Program-made: the position numbers and the translations under genes | From: Microcystaceae cyanobacterium | GTDB lineage: Bacteria > Cyanobacteriota > Cyanobacteriia > Cyanobacteriales > Microcystaceae | DNA length: 64,000 bases | Assembly (NCBI GenBank): GCA_041746575.1 | Contig: JBGTGT010000101.1 | Location: 1-64,000, forward strand | Direction of reading: 5' to 3' | Shown here: positions 33,454 to 43,200 of the stretch, piece by piece | Layout: every line of letters starts with the position of its first letter | Numbering within the stretch: the first letter of the stretch is position 1 | The notes under the pieces: model-generated | The model's input: the letters and a program-made list of their open reading frames with translations, nothing else | Told to the model about the DNA's origin: nothing | Databases searched by the model: none

Positions 33454-34605
33454 ATGACAAATAACCCCCTTTCAGCCATTAATGACTACGGACAAAGTAT
33501 TTGGATGGACAATCTTAGTCGTCCTTTGATCGCGTCAGGTGAACTTGAAGAAATGATGGAAAAATATGGACTCCGAGGAATTACCTCCAACCCCATTATT
33601 TTCGAAAAAGCCATTTCAGGAAATCCGATTTATGATGCGGATATCGAGGCAGGAATCAAAGCCAATAAATCAGTATCAGAAATTTACGAATCTCTCGTTT
33701 TCGAAGATATCCGGAATGCTTGCGATCGCTTTCGTTCCTTATATGAAGAAACCCATGGACAAGACGGCTTTGTGAGTCTGGAAGTATCCCCTCACCTAGC
33801 CAAAGATACCCAAGAAACAGTAGAGGAAGCATTACGTTTCTATCAAGCTGTTAATCGTCCTAATGTGATGATTAAAATTCCCGGTACAGCGGAAGGATTT
33901 CCTGCTATAGAACGGGTGATCGGACAAGGCATTAATGTTAATGTTACTCTGCTGTTTTCTTTAGAAAGTTATGAACAGGCCGCTTGGGCGTATATTCGAG
34001 GGTTAGAGAATCGAATTGCTAAAGATCAACCCATTGATAAAATTGCTTCCGTCGCCAGTTTTTTTCTGAGTCGCATTGACACGAAGATTGATGATTGTAT
34101 TGATCAAAAACTCAGTAAAATTGGCACCGAAAACCTCAGCGAAGAAGCCCGTTTGGAGAAGATAAAAGGAAAAGTGGCTATTGCCCAAGCCAAATTGGCT
34201 TACCAAAAACAGCAAGAGATTCTCAAGAGTCGTCGTTGGCAAACCTTAGCAGAGAAAGGCGCAAATATACAGCGACTTTTATGGGCAAGCACCAGCACTA
34301 AAAACCCCCAATATAGTGATGTGATGTACGTCGATGCGCTCATGATTCCTAATACAGTGAATACCCTTCCCCCGAATACTCTTGAAGCCTGTGCAGATCA
34401 CTGCCAACCCCCAGAAAATCGGATTGAAATGAATGTAGAAGAAGCCAAAAACTTACTGGCGAGTCTGCAAGATTCGGACGTTAATATTGATCTCAGCCAA
34501 GTCACTAATGAACTGTTAGAAGAAGGACTCGAAAAATTTGTTCAACCCTACGATTCTTTGATGCAATCATTAGAAGATAAGATTAAACAACTCTCACCTG
34601 TTTAA
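33454..34605 (+). CDS. tal: Transaldolase (actinobacterial/plant-like type)
   Basis: QSIWMDNLSR, GITSNP, VSLEVSP, NVMIKIP (Schiff-base Lys), SVASFFLSRID and RLLWASTSTK motifs. Confidence 0.95.
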   Translation: MTNNPLSAINDYGQSIWMDNLSRPLIASGELEEMMEKYGLRGITSNPIIFEKAISGNPIYDADIEAGIKANKSVSEIYESLVFEDIRNACDRFRSLYEETHGQDGFVSLEVSPHLAKDTQETVEEALRFYQAVNRPNVMIKIPGTAEGFPAIERVIGQGINVNVTLLFSLESYEQAAWAYIRGLENRIAKDQPIDKIASVASFFLSRIDTKIDDCIDQKLSKIGTENLSEEARLEKIKGKVAIAQAKLAYQKQQEILKSRRWQTLAEKGANIQRLLWASTSTKNPQYSDVMYVDALMIPNTVNTLPPNTLEACADHCQPPENRIEMNVEEAKNLLASLQDSDVNIDLSQVTNELLEEGLEKFVQPYDSLMQSLEDKIKQLSPV

Positions 34606-34612
34606 TTTTAAA

Positions 34613-34652
34613 TTAAGGATCGAAAATGAGAAATTTTTGGTCCTTAACTTTT
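34613..34652 (+). terminator. Hairpin terminator between tal and the convergent tRNA-His
   Basis: TTAAGGATCGAAAA...TTTTGGTCCTTAA inverted repeat followed by CTTTT. Confidence 0.55.
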
Positions 34653-34739
34653 ACGATTGCTTTCTTGATTTTAAAACCTTGCCCAATCTTTAACTATCTA
34701 AAAAATTAAGCCCTACCAGCGCAATAGAAAAGTCATCAG

Positions 34740-34813
34740 GGCGAACGACGGGACTTGAACCCGCGAGTGGTGGAACCACAATCCACTGCCTTAACCACTT
34801 GGCTACGCTCGCC
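34740..34813 (-). tRNA. trnH: tRNA-His(GUG), CCA not encoded
   Basis: Reverse complement GGCGAGCGTAGCCAAGTGGTTAAGGCAGTGGATTGTGGTTCCACCACTCGCGGGTTCAAGTCCCGTCGTTCGCC folds as a cloverleaf with GTG anticodon and G-1:C73. Confidence 0.97.
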
Positions 34814-34900
34814 ATTTGCAAAATCTATTATAACATAGGATTAAAAGGTAACAATCGCTCAGTGTGATCAATCTAAAAAGCCGTGTCGATTAAAACCGCA

Positions 34901-35281
34901 ATGAAAGGCTCAAAAGTGACCGCCATGGTAGGGGGGCTGGTGCTAGGGGTGATGGGAGGAATGCTCATTGTCACTAACCCCGGTCAACGAGAATACGAAG
35001 CTTATGCCACGGATGCTCTTAGTACCTATCTTAAACAAGAAGTTTGTAATCAAGTCGCTCAAGAGCTTAGAGGTGCATTAACCAGCTATTGCAAAACGTT
35101 GGTAGATACAGGAAGGCCGCAAATTCAGCAAATTATTGCTCAAAAAACCATAAGAGCAAATTATCTTCTTTTTAGCATCTATGAGACTAAATTATGGATG
35201 CCTTCCCCCGTTCCTAGTTATCAATTTACGTCCTTGGGTATCTTTGAGCAATTTTATACCTACGAAGCAGATGAACTTTAG
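34901..35281 (+). CDS. DUF4359 family protein
   Basis: TM helix followed by TNPGQREYEAYA and NYLLFSIYET. Confidence 0.75.
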   Translation: MKGSKVTAMVGGLVLGVMGGMLIVTNPGQREYEAYATDALSTYLKQEVCNQVAQELRGALTSYCKTLVDTGRPQIQQIIAQKTIRANYLLFSIYETKLWMPSPVPSYQFTSLGIFEQFYTYEADEL

Positions 35282-35309
35282 AGATTAAACCATTTAATTT
35301 AAGCAAAAT

Positions 35310-36923
35310 ATGCAAACAAATTGGTACTTTAAACTATTTTTGAGCAGTTTAATCGGCTCATCCTTGAGTATTCCCGTTCATGCCTTGAATACTTCCGTTG
35401 GAGAAGCGGGAATTGATGCAGAACGTCTTCATAATCCTCCCTACACATTAACAGGGCGCAAAATTGGCATTGGTCAAGTAGAAATTGGACGCCCGGGGAA
35501 ATTTGGTTTTGATAAAGTGGCGGCATGGCATCCCGTTTATAACCTAAAAGGGATTTATTTTCGTAACAAAGACGCAAAACCGAACGCTAATGTCGATCAT
35601 CATGCGGCGATGGTCGCCACCGTCTTAGCCAGTCAAGATAAACGCTTAAGAGGGGTTGCGCCGGCGGCCAATTTATATACAGCTGCTGTAGGGGTTTTAA
35701 AATATGGGGGGCAAATCGAGGAATGTTTAGCCGCCCAACACATTGCCCAACAAAACGGAGAAGATGTCCGTGCCATCAATTTCAGTTTCGGGGAATCTTT
35801 AGAACGCGATAGTCGCCAAAACGCCACCTTAGACGGTAATGCCCTCTTAACTCAATGTATTGATTGGTCAGCCCGTGTCCATGATGTGTTGTATGTAGTG
35901 GCGGGAAATCAAGGAAAAGGAGGGATTCCCATTCCCACTGACCAATATAATGGAATTACGACTGCCTACACCGCAAAACGAGATGGCATCTATCAAAAGG
36001 TCGATTTTGCCAACCTCAGTGACTTTCCCTTGGGAGTCGGTCGCAGTTTGATTAAACGGGAGATTAATGAAGGCGCAAGACGGGCGATTAATTTAACCGC
36101 CCCCGGTCATAAATTATTACTCTACGACTTAAGCGGCAAGATTAATGAGGTCAGTGGCACCAGTTTTGCCGCCCCCCACATTACGGGAACAGTGGCCTTA
36201 TTGCAAGAATGGGGCGATCGCCTTCTCCACACTCGTCAGCTGCACTGGGGACTGGCCGCCCGTCGCCACGAAGTTATGAAGGCGGTATTATTGAATTCTG
36301 CCGATAAAATCGCTGATCAGGGGAATGGGTTAGCCTTGGGCATGACTCGCACCCTATTCAGTAAAAATAGTCGAACGTGGTTACAATCCGATGCCTATCG
36401 TAATCCTAAGATTCCCCTCGATATTGAGATGGGAACGGGACATTTAAACGCCTATCGAGCCTATCAGCAGTTTAATGGCGGTCAATGGTCACCGAGGATA
36501 AAAGTTCCGGCAATTGGCTGGAATTATGACAGCTTGCCTCCCCAAAATCATCAAGAATATTCCTTAAAAGAGCCTCTCGTTAAGGATAGCTTTATTTCGA
36601 TTACACTGGCATGGGATCGTCAGATTGAACTCAACGATAGCAATCATAACCAGCAATATGACAAAGGAGAGTCATTTATCAATCGAGGGTTAAATAATTT
36701 AGATGTATATTTATTATCTGAATCTGCGGCTCACACCGGTTATGTCTGCGCCTCTCTAAGTGACGGAGATAGCTTAGAACATATTTTTTGTCGTATTCCC
36801 CAAACAGGATACTATAAAATTCGGGTTCAATCTCGTCAAAGTGTAACCCGTGAAGCTCAACCCTATGCGATCGCTTGGTGGAGTGCAGGGAAAAAGGCAA
36901 CCGTAAAAGTCCCATCCCGTTAA
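35310..36923 (+). CDS. Secreted S8 (subtilase) serine peptidase
   Basis: Signal peptide; IGQVEIG, DHHAAMVA, VAGN and SGTSFAAPH motifs; C-terminal beta domain (TLAWDR, NNLDVYL). Confidence 0.88.
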   Translation: MQTNWYFKLFLSSLIGSSLSIPVHALNTSVGEAGIDAERLHNPPYTLTGRKIGIGQVEIGRPGKFGFDKVAAWHPVYNLKGIYFRNKDAKPNANVDHHAAMVATVLASQDKRLRGVAPAANLYTAAVGVLKYGGQIEECLAAQHIAQQNGEDVRAINFSFGESLERDSRQNATLDGNALLTQCIDWSARVHDVLYVVAGNQGKGGIPIPTDQYNGITTAYTAKRDGIYQKVDFANLSDFPLGVGRSLIKREINEGARRAINLTAPGHKLLLYDLSGKINEVSGTSFAAPHITGTVALLQEWGDRLLHTRQLHWGLAARRHEVMKAVLLNSADKIADQGNGLALGMTRTLFSKNSRTWLQSDAYRNPKIPLDIEMGTGHLNAYRAYQQFNGGQWSPRIKVPAIGWNYDSLPPQNHQEYSLKEPLVKDSFISITLAWDRQIELNDSNHNQQYDKGESFINRGLNNLDVYLLSESAAHTGYVCASLSDGDSLEHIFCRIPQTGYYKIRVQSRQSVTREAQPYAIAWWSAGKKATVKVPSR

Positions 36924-37100
36924 CCTGAGTTTGGGTTAAAGAATCGTTCATTCAATCGTTCTTTTTGCGATCGTCAACTTAGTACGATTACTGTCTGCTA
37001 CCCAAAAAATCAATGGTGTAATCAGGACTCAGAAGCGGGAGCAAATACACTATAGTTAGAAGAATAGAGCAAACCCCTGTGTAAGAGAAAGAGATCCCCT

Positions 37101-37475
37101 ATGAGTACCATTCTAGTCGTTGATGATAGTCAGACTCAACGAGAGTACATGATTGAGTTGCTAACAGAATGCGGATACACCGTTAAGAGTGCCAGCAATG
37201 GCAAGGACGCTTTGGTAAAAATCCGCCAAGACCTGCCCGATTTGGTCATTTTAGACATTGTTATGCCAGAGAGAAATGGTTTTCAGGCCTGTCGAGATAT
37301 TAAAGAAGATCCAAAAACCAAACATATTCCTGTCATTATTTGTTCGACAAAAAACACCGAGGCCGATATTTATTGGGCGTTAAAACAAGGGGCTTCAGAT
37401 TATGTCATTAAGCCCTATGAACCCGAAGTTTTACTCACTACCATTAAACGGATCTTTAGAAATCCCCAGTCCTAA
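37101..37475 (+). CDS. Single-domain response regulator (PilH/CheY-like)
   Basis: ILVVDDS, PDLVILDIVMP, CSTK...WALKQGA and KP motifs. Confidence 0.9.
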   Translation: MSTILVVDDSQTQREYMIELLTECGYTVKSASNGKDALVKIRQDLPDLVILDIVMPERNGFQACRDIKEDPKTKHIPVIICSTKNTEADIYWALKQGASDYVIKPYEPEVLLTTIKRIFRNPQS

Positions 37476-37652
37476 GTTTTGTGAAGAAAAATTGCGCCGA
37501 ATCAAACTTTAACAAAATGTTCCATTGTGAGCAGAAAGGTGATCGTTAACTCTGCTATTTTGGGAATCTTAGTGATTAAGTTAAGTAAGGTTATCCCTTC
37601 TCGTTGAAATAAGGGATGACGAGACAAACTCAGTTTATCGCAATGAGTTCTT

Positions 37653-39443
37653 ATGATCATACGTTGGCCTTGGCGATTCTGGATAGCCCCTAGGATCAGT
37701 GGCATATTAATGCTTCTTTTGAGTCTAAGCAGTTCTCTAAGCTGTCGCGCGATCGCTGCCGATGTGTTAACCCTACGTGTTAGCGGATGGCAACGGTCGT
37801 TTGAGCTAAAAGATTTAGAATATTGGCAAAAAACAGGCGAAATTCCGCCCCATTTGGACGCTGATCGCTGGTTGTTGACCCCCAAAACCCAGCAGTTATT
37901 GGGACAACGCTTAAATGTGGATAGTGCTGTCGCGATCGCGTTTTTAGAACAAATCGAAAAGTCGGGAGATGGGAAAAAATTACTCCAACAACTGACGACG
38001 GCTTTACCCAATACCACGGAAGCAACCCTGAAAGCGGCATTGATTGAAAGCTGGCAACAAAACGAAGATTTTCGCTTTTTATCCTTCGTCCGCGCCTATC
38101 CTGCCCCTAATTTAACTGTCGATCTGGCGAAATTAACCGAAATGGGGATTCAAGTTAAAAGTGCCTCTTGGCAAGGCCAATTACTGCGCCCCTATCTCAG
38201 GCAAGCCTTTCAATCATCCACCGTATCCCTCGCAAAAGCGATCAGTGATCCCAGTCAAGTCGGAGAGCAATCGGTACAGGTTAGAACCTTATTTTTTGAA
38301 GATATTCGTCGAAAAAGAAGAATTCCTCTGGATATTTATACGGGAAAGACCACAGAAAATACTTTGGTGGTCATGTCTCACGGTTTTGCGGCAGATCGTC
38401 GTTTTGGGATGTATTTAGCCCACCATTTAGCATCCCATGGCTTTACTGTGGTGTCACTTGAACATCCGGGCAGTAATATCCAAGCCTTAGTCGATTCCGC
38501 TTGGGGAGTAGATTCTAACGAAATTCTGTCTGCGTCTGAGTTTATTGAGCGGCCGCAAGATGTCCGCTTTGTCTTAGATCGCTTAGCCCGTTTAAACCGT
38601 CTTCCCCCCTTTCAGAATCAATTGCCAACACAATCAGTGGTTATGGTGGGACATTCATTTGGAGGATACACCGCCTTTGCCTTAGCGGGTGCAACCTTAG
38701 ATCTAAAACGGTTACGTCAATCATGTCAACGCTTAGCCCCGTTGGAACGTTCTCCAGCAGACTGGTTACAGTGTTCGGCTGCTAAGTTACCTTATGCCCA
38801 ATTACAGTTCAAAGATGCTCGAATTAAAGGAATTATTGCCTTAAATCCAATTACAGGAGAATTATTTAAGGATTTGTCCCAAGTGACCGTTCCCAGTTTG
38901 ATTTTATCAAGCAGTGACGATGGAATTACCCCCATTGTCTCCCATCAACTCCGTCCCTTTCAGCAGCTTAAACACGAGAAATACCTTATCTTAGCGATGG
39001 GGGCAACCCACATGAGCGTCACCGATGTCAGTAATCTCGACAGTGCGATCGCTCAAAGCACCCTTGTACGAGAAGTCATGGGAGAAGAGGCAAAACCGGT
39101 TCGAGAGGGAGTAAAAGGAGTTACTTTGGCTTTTTTAAAACAATTTAGCTCAGAAGCTCTAATTTATCGTCCCTATTTAAGCGATAATTACCTCAGATCC
39201 TTTGCCACCCCTCAAACGCAACTCTATTTGAGCCAAAAATTACCCCTAACCCTCAAAATTTTAATGCCGACTCTTGATATCGGCACCCAAACCTTAACCC
39301 GACGTTCTCCTTTCTTGTTAAGCCCTCGGATGGTGGAGATGAGATCCTATTTTAACCATGCTCAACAAATGTTAAATCGTCCTGAATACTGTACGCGGCA
39401 AGTGGATGATATGTTTACAGCTTTGTTGAAAAATTTCAGTTAA
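37653..39443 (+). CDS. DUF1400 + alpha/beta hydrolase
   Basis: N-terminal DUF1400-like domain; SHGFAA, EHPGS, RPQDV and GHSFGG nucleophile elbow; ATHMS. Confidence 0.82.
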   Translation: MIIRWPWRFWIAPRISGILMLLLSLSSSLSCRAIAADVLTLRVSGWQRSFELKDLEYWQKTGEIPPHLDADRWLLTPKTQQLLGQRLNVDSAVAIAFLEQIEKSGDGKKLLQQLTTALPNTTEATLKAALIESWQQNEDFRFLSFVRAYPAPNLTVDLAKLTEMGIQVKSASWQGQLLRPYLRQAFQSSTVSLAKAISDPSQVGEQSVQVRTLFFEDIRRKRRIPLDIYTGKTTENTLVVMSHGFAADRRFGMYLAHHLASHGFTVVSLEHPGSNIQALVDSAWGVDSNEILSASEFIERPQDVRFVLDRLARLNRLPPFQNQLPTQSVVMVGHSFGGYTAFALAGATLDLKRLRQSCQRLAPLERSPADWLQCSAAKLPYAQLQFKDARIKGIIALNPITGELFKDLSQVTVPSLILSSSDDGITPIVSHQLRPFQQLKHEKYLILAMGATHMSVTDVSNLDSAIAQSTLVREVMGEEAKPVREGVKGVTLAFLKQFSSEALIYRPYLSDNYLRSFATPQTQLYLSQKLPLTLKILMPTLDIGTQTLTRRSPFLLSPRMVEMRSYFNHAQQMLNRPEYCTRQVDDMFTALLKNFS

Positions 39444-39582
39444 TCAGGCATCTTGTTTGAGGATTGATGCTCTCACGGTTTTTGAAAAAGGGTACTGTAA
39501 AGATTAGAAAGCCAGATCAATGATGACAGGTTACTGCTATACAATAAAAATCTAAAACGCTATTCAATGCAACGGAATTCTC

Positions 39583-40215
39583 ATGAAAATTTTATTGGTC
39601 GAAGATGACCCCCTGATGCAGTTAGGATTAGAACAAGCCCTAACGGAACAAACAGACTTTGAAATTATTGGTCAAGCAGAGGATGGTCATTTAGCCGTTC
39701 AAAAAGCACTAGAACTCAAGCCTGATCTGATTGTAATGGATATTGGTTTACCCCGTCTCGATGGTATTGCGGCAACGCAACAAATTAAAGCCAAATTGCC
39801 TCATATTCATGTGGTTATCTTGACATCTCATACCTTACCGACGGAAGTCATCGCTGCCTTATCCAGCGGTGCAGATGCCTACTGTGTCAAAGGAACGCGT
39901 TTAGATCGTTTATTGGCGGCTATCGAAGCGGCGCAAGAAGGAGCAACCTATCTCGATCCCCAAATTGCGCGATTAGTCATTGAGAATTTGAAATCCCCAA
40001 TCTCAGAAGTTCATCCTAATATTAGTAATTTATCCGAACGAGAAATGGATGTTCTCAAGTTAATTGTTGACGGTAAAAGTAATAACGAAATTGCAGAAGA
40101 ATTGTATCTAAGTACCAATACGATTAAAACCCATGTGCGAGGAATTATGAATAAATTATCGGTTGATGCTCGAGTTCAAGCCGCCGTGATTGCCTTAAGA
40201 TCAGGTATCGTTTGA
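39583..40215 (+). CDS. NarL/FixJ family response regulator (REC + LuxR HTH)
   Basis: VEDD and MDIGLP receiver motifs; LSEREMDVL...SNNEIAEELYLSTNTIKTHV. Confidence 0.93.
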   Translation: MKILLVEDDPLMQLGLEQALTEQTDFEIIGQAEDGHLAVQKALELKPDLIVMDIGLPRLDGIAATQQIKAKLPHIHVVILTSHTLPTEVIAALSSGADAYCVKGTRLDRLLAAIEAAQEGATYLDPQIARLVIENLKSPISEVHPNISNLSEREMDVLKLIVDGKSNNEIAEELYLSTNTIKTHVRGIMNKLSVDARVQAAVIALRSGIV

Positions 40216-40257
40216 TGGTTCAAAATATCTTAATTCTGTTTGTTGGCTGATCTCATT

Positions 40258-43200
40258 ATGATTACTTTAAGTGGCTATCAACTACTCCATAAATTATATG
40301 AAAGTGATCAATCTTTGATTTATCGAGGATATCGTCAAAGCGATCGCCAACCGATGATTTTTAAGATTCTCAAGCAAGAATATCCCAGTCCTACAGAACT
40401 GACTCGCTATCAACAAGAATATGAGATTACGCGACGTTTAGAGGTGGATTCTGCTATTCACACCTATGGCTTAGAAAAATATAAAAATACGCTGATTATT
40501 CTTCTAGAAGATTTTGGCGGAGAGTCTCTGAGTCATTTAATAAAGCATCGTTCCTTTAGTCTAGAAGATATCTTAAAGATAGCGATTAAAGTGACGGAGG
40601 GATTGGCACAAATTCATGAGATGAATATTATTCATAAAGATATTAATCCGGCGAATATTATTGTTAACTTGGAGAAAGAACAGGTTAAAATTATTGATTT
40701 TGGAATTTCCACAGCTTTACCGAAAGAAAACCCCATTTTACAAAGTCCAAATGTCCTAGAAGGAACGTTATATTATATCTCCCCTGAACAAACAGGACGC
40801 ATGAATTGTGCATTGGATTATCGCACAGATTTTTATTCATTAGGGGCAACGTTATATGAATTATTAACATCCCGTCCCCCTTTTATAAGCAATGACGAAA
40901 TGGAATTGATTCACTGTCATTTGGCAAGAATTCCTATTGCTCCTCATCAAATTGATCCCCTGATTCCTCCTATTTTATCAGAAATTACCCTTAAATTATT
41001 AGCTAAGCGTGCTGATGAACGTTACCAAAGTGCTTGGGGAATTAAAGCAGACTTAGAAATTAGTCTAGAACAATTACAAGAACAGAATCAAATTGTCTCT
41101 TTTCCCCTTGCTCTAAAAGATCACTCTCATCGGTTTCAATTACCTCAAAAGCTCTACGGAAGAGAAGCAGAAATTCAAACCTTACTCGCCGCTTTTGATC
41201 GAGTTTGCAATCAAGTTCCTTCCCAAAGTGAAATTGTCTTAATTTCAGGCTATTCGGGGGTAGGAAAGTCGGCTTTAGTTAGAGAAATTTATCAGCCTTT
41301 AACCAAAGCGAGGGGCTTTTTTATCGCAGGAAAATTCGATCAATATCAAAGGGATATTCCTTATTCTGCCATTATTTTAGCATTTCAAGACTTAATTAGT
41401 CAACTGCTGACCGAAAAAGAAAATAAACTGACTATTTGGCGTAGAAAATTAAAGGCGGCTTTAGGTAATAATGGACAAGTGATGATTGAGGTCATTCCCG
41501 ATATTGAACTGATTATTGGTTCTCAATTGTCCATCCCTGTGTTGCCTCCAACGGAAGCCCAAAATCGCTTTAACTTTGTTTTTGAAAGATTTATTCAAGT
41601 TTTTACGCAACCGGATCATCCTTTAGTTATTTTTTTAGATGATTTACAGTGGTCTGACCCTGCTTCTCTACAATTATTACAACGATTAATAAAAGGGGAA
41701 AATTCTCAAAGTTTATTACTAATCGGAGCTTATCGGGATCGAGAAATTAATCTGACTCATCCGCTTCATTTTACCTTAGAAGTGATCCAAAAATCTCAGG
41801 TTAGAATGACATTGATTGCTTTAAATTCTCTTAATTTATCGGATATTAACCAATTAATTGGTGACGGATTTAAGTGTTCTGAAGAAAATGCAGAATCCTT
41901 AGCTCAATTAATTTTAGAAAAAACCAACGGCAATCCTTTTTTTGTCAATGAATTTTTAAGGTCACTTTATGAAAAAAATTTACTTTATTTTAATCACCAA
42001 CAAGAAAATTGGCAATGGAATCTTGAAGAAATTAAAGCACAAGCCATTTCTGAAAATGTCGTAGATTTAATGACTCAAAAAATCAGTACCTTAGATAGGG
42101 ATATTCAAACTGTTTTAAAGAATGCCGCTTGTATTGGTAATCAATTTGATTTAAAAACCTTGGCGTTATTGATAGATCAATCATTTAGTCGAACCGCTCA
42201 ATTATTAACATCGGCAATGACGGAAGGACTGATTGTTCCTTTAAATGATCAATATAAATTAATTCAATCGGAAGTGTCTGGAAATCAAACTGACTTGAAG
42301 GTTAAATATAGATTTTCCCATGACCGAATTCAACAGGCGGCTTATTCCTTAATGAACCCAGCAGAAAAACCGCTAATTCATCGTCAAGTTGGACAACTTC
42401 TTTTAGAAAAAATTCCTGTTGATCAAAGAGAGAAAAGAATATTTGATATCATTAATCAATTGAATATGGTGATTCCTCAAATTACCTCTGATGCAGAGCG
42501 GAAAGACCTTGCCGCTTTAAATTTAATTGCAGGAAAACGAGCAAAAGCGTCAGCCGCCTATCAATCTGCTTATCAATATTTTACCATTGGTCGAGAGCTT
42601 TTGACCTTAACAGGATGGCAATTCCATTATCATTTAATGTTAGAGATCTGCACAGAAACAGTGGAAGTAGCATACCTCAACGGTGATTTTTGGGCAATGG
42701 AGAATCTCGCAGAAGAGGTCTTACAAAAAGCTTTAACTTTGTTGGATAAAATTAAAGTTTATGAAGTTAAAATTACAGCGTATAAAACTCAAAGTCAATC
42801 ATTAGAAGCAATTAAACTTGCCATTTCAGTTTTAGAAGAATTGGGTTTGAAAATTCCGCAAAATCCCCAAAGAATACACGTTATTCTCAGCTATTATCAA
42901 ACAAAATGGATGTTATTGAGAACAGGTCAATCCGTTCAAGCATTAAGTCAGCTTCCTCCTCTAAAAGATACAGGATTACAGGCGGCAATGAGAATCATGG
43001 CGGGTTTGCTAGCAGTGACCTATTTTGCCTCCCCTAAATTGATGTCTATATTGATTTGTAGAATGGTACAAATTTCTATAGAGCATGGCTTAAGTCCTGT
43101 GTTTCCCCTTGCTTATGCCGCTTATGGGGGCTTACTTTGTGGTAATTTTAATGATATTAAAACGGGCTATCAATTTGGGGAATTAGCGATTAAATTATTA

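Noticed and set aside
34700..34860. tRNA-His as a prophage or island attachment site
   Set aside because: No integrase, phage gene or duplicated tRNA 3' end is visible in the window
37502..38017. 171-aa minus-strand ORF
   Set aside because: Antisense shadow of the DUF1400 hydrolase gene
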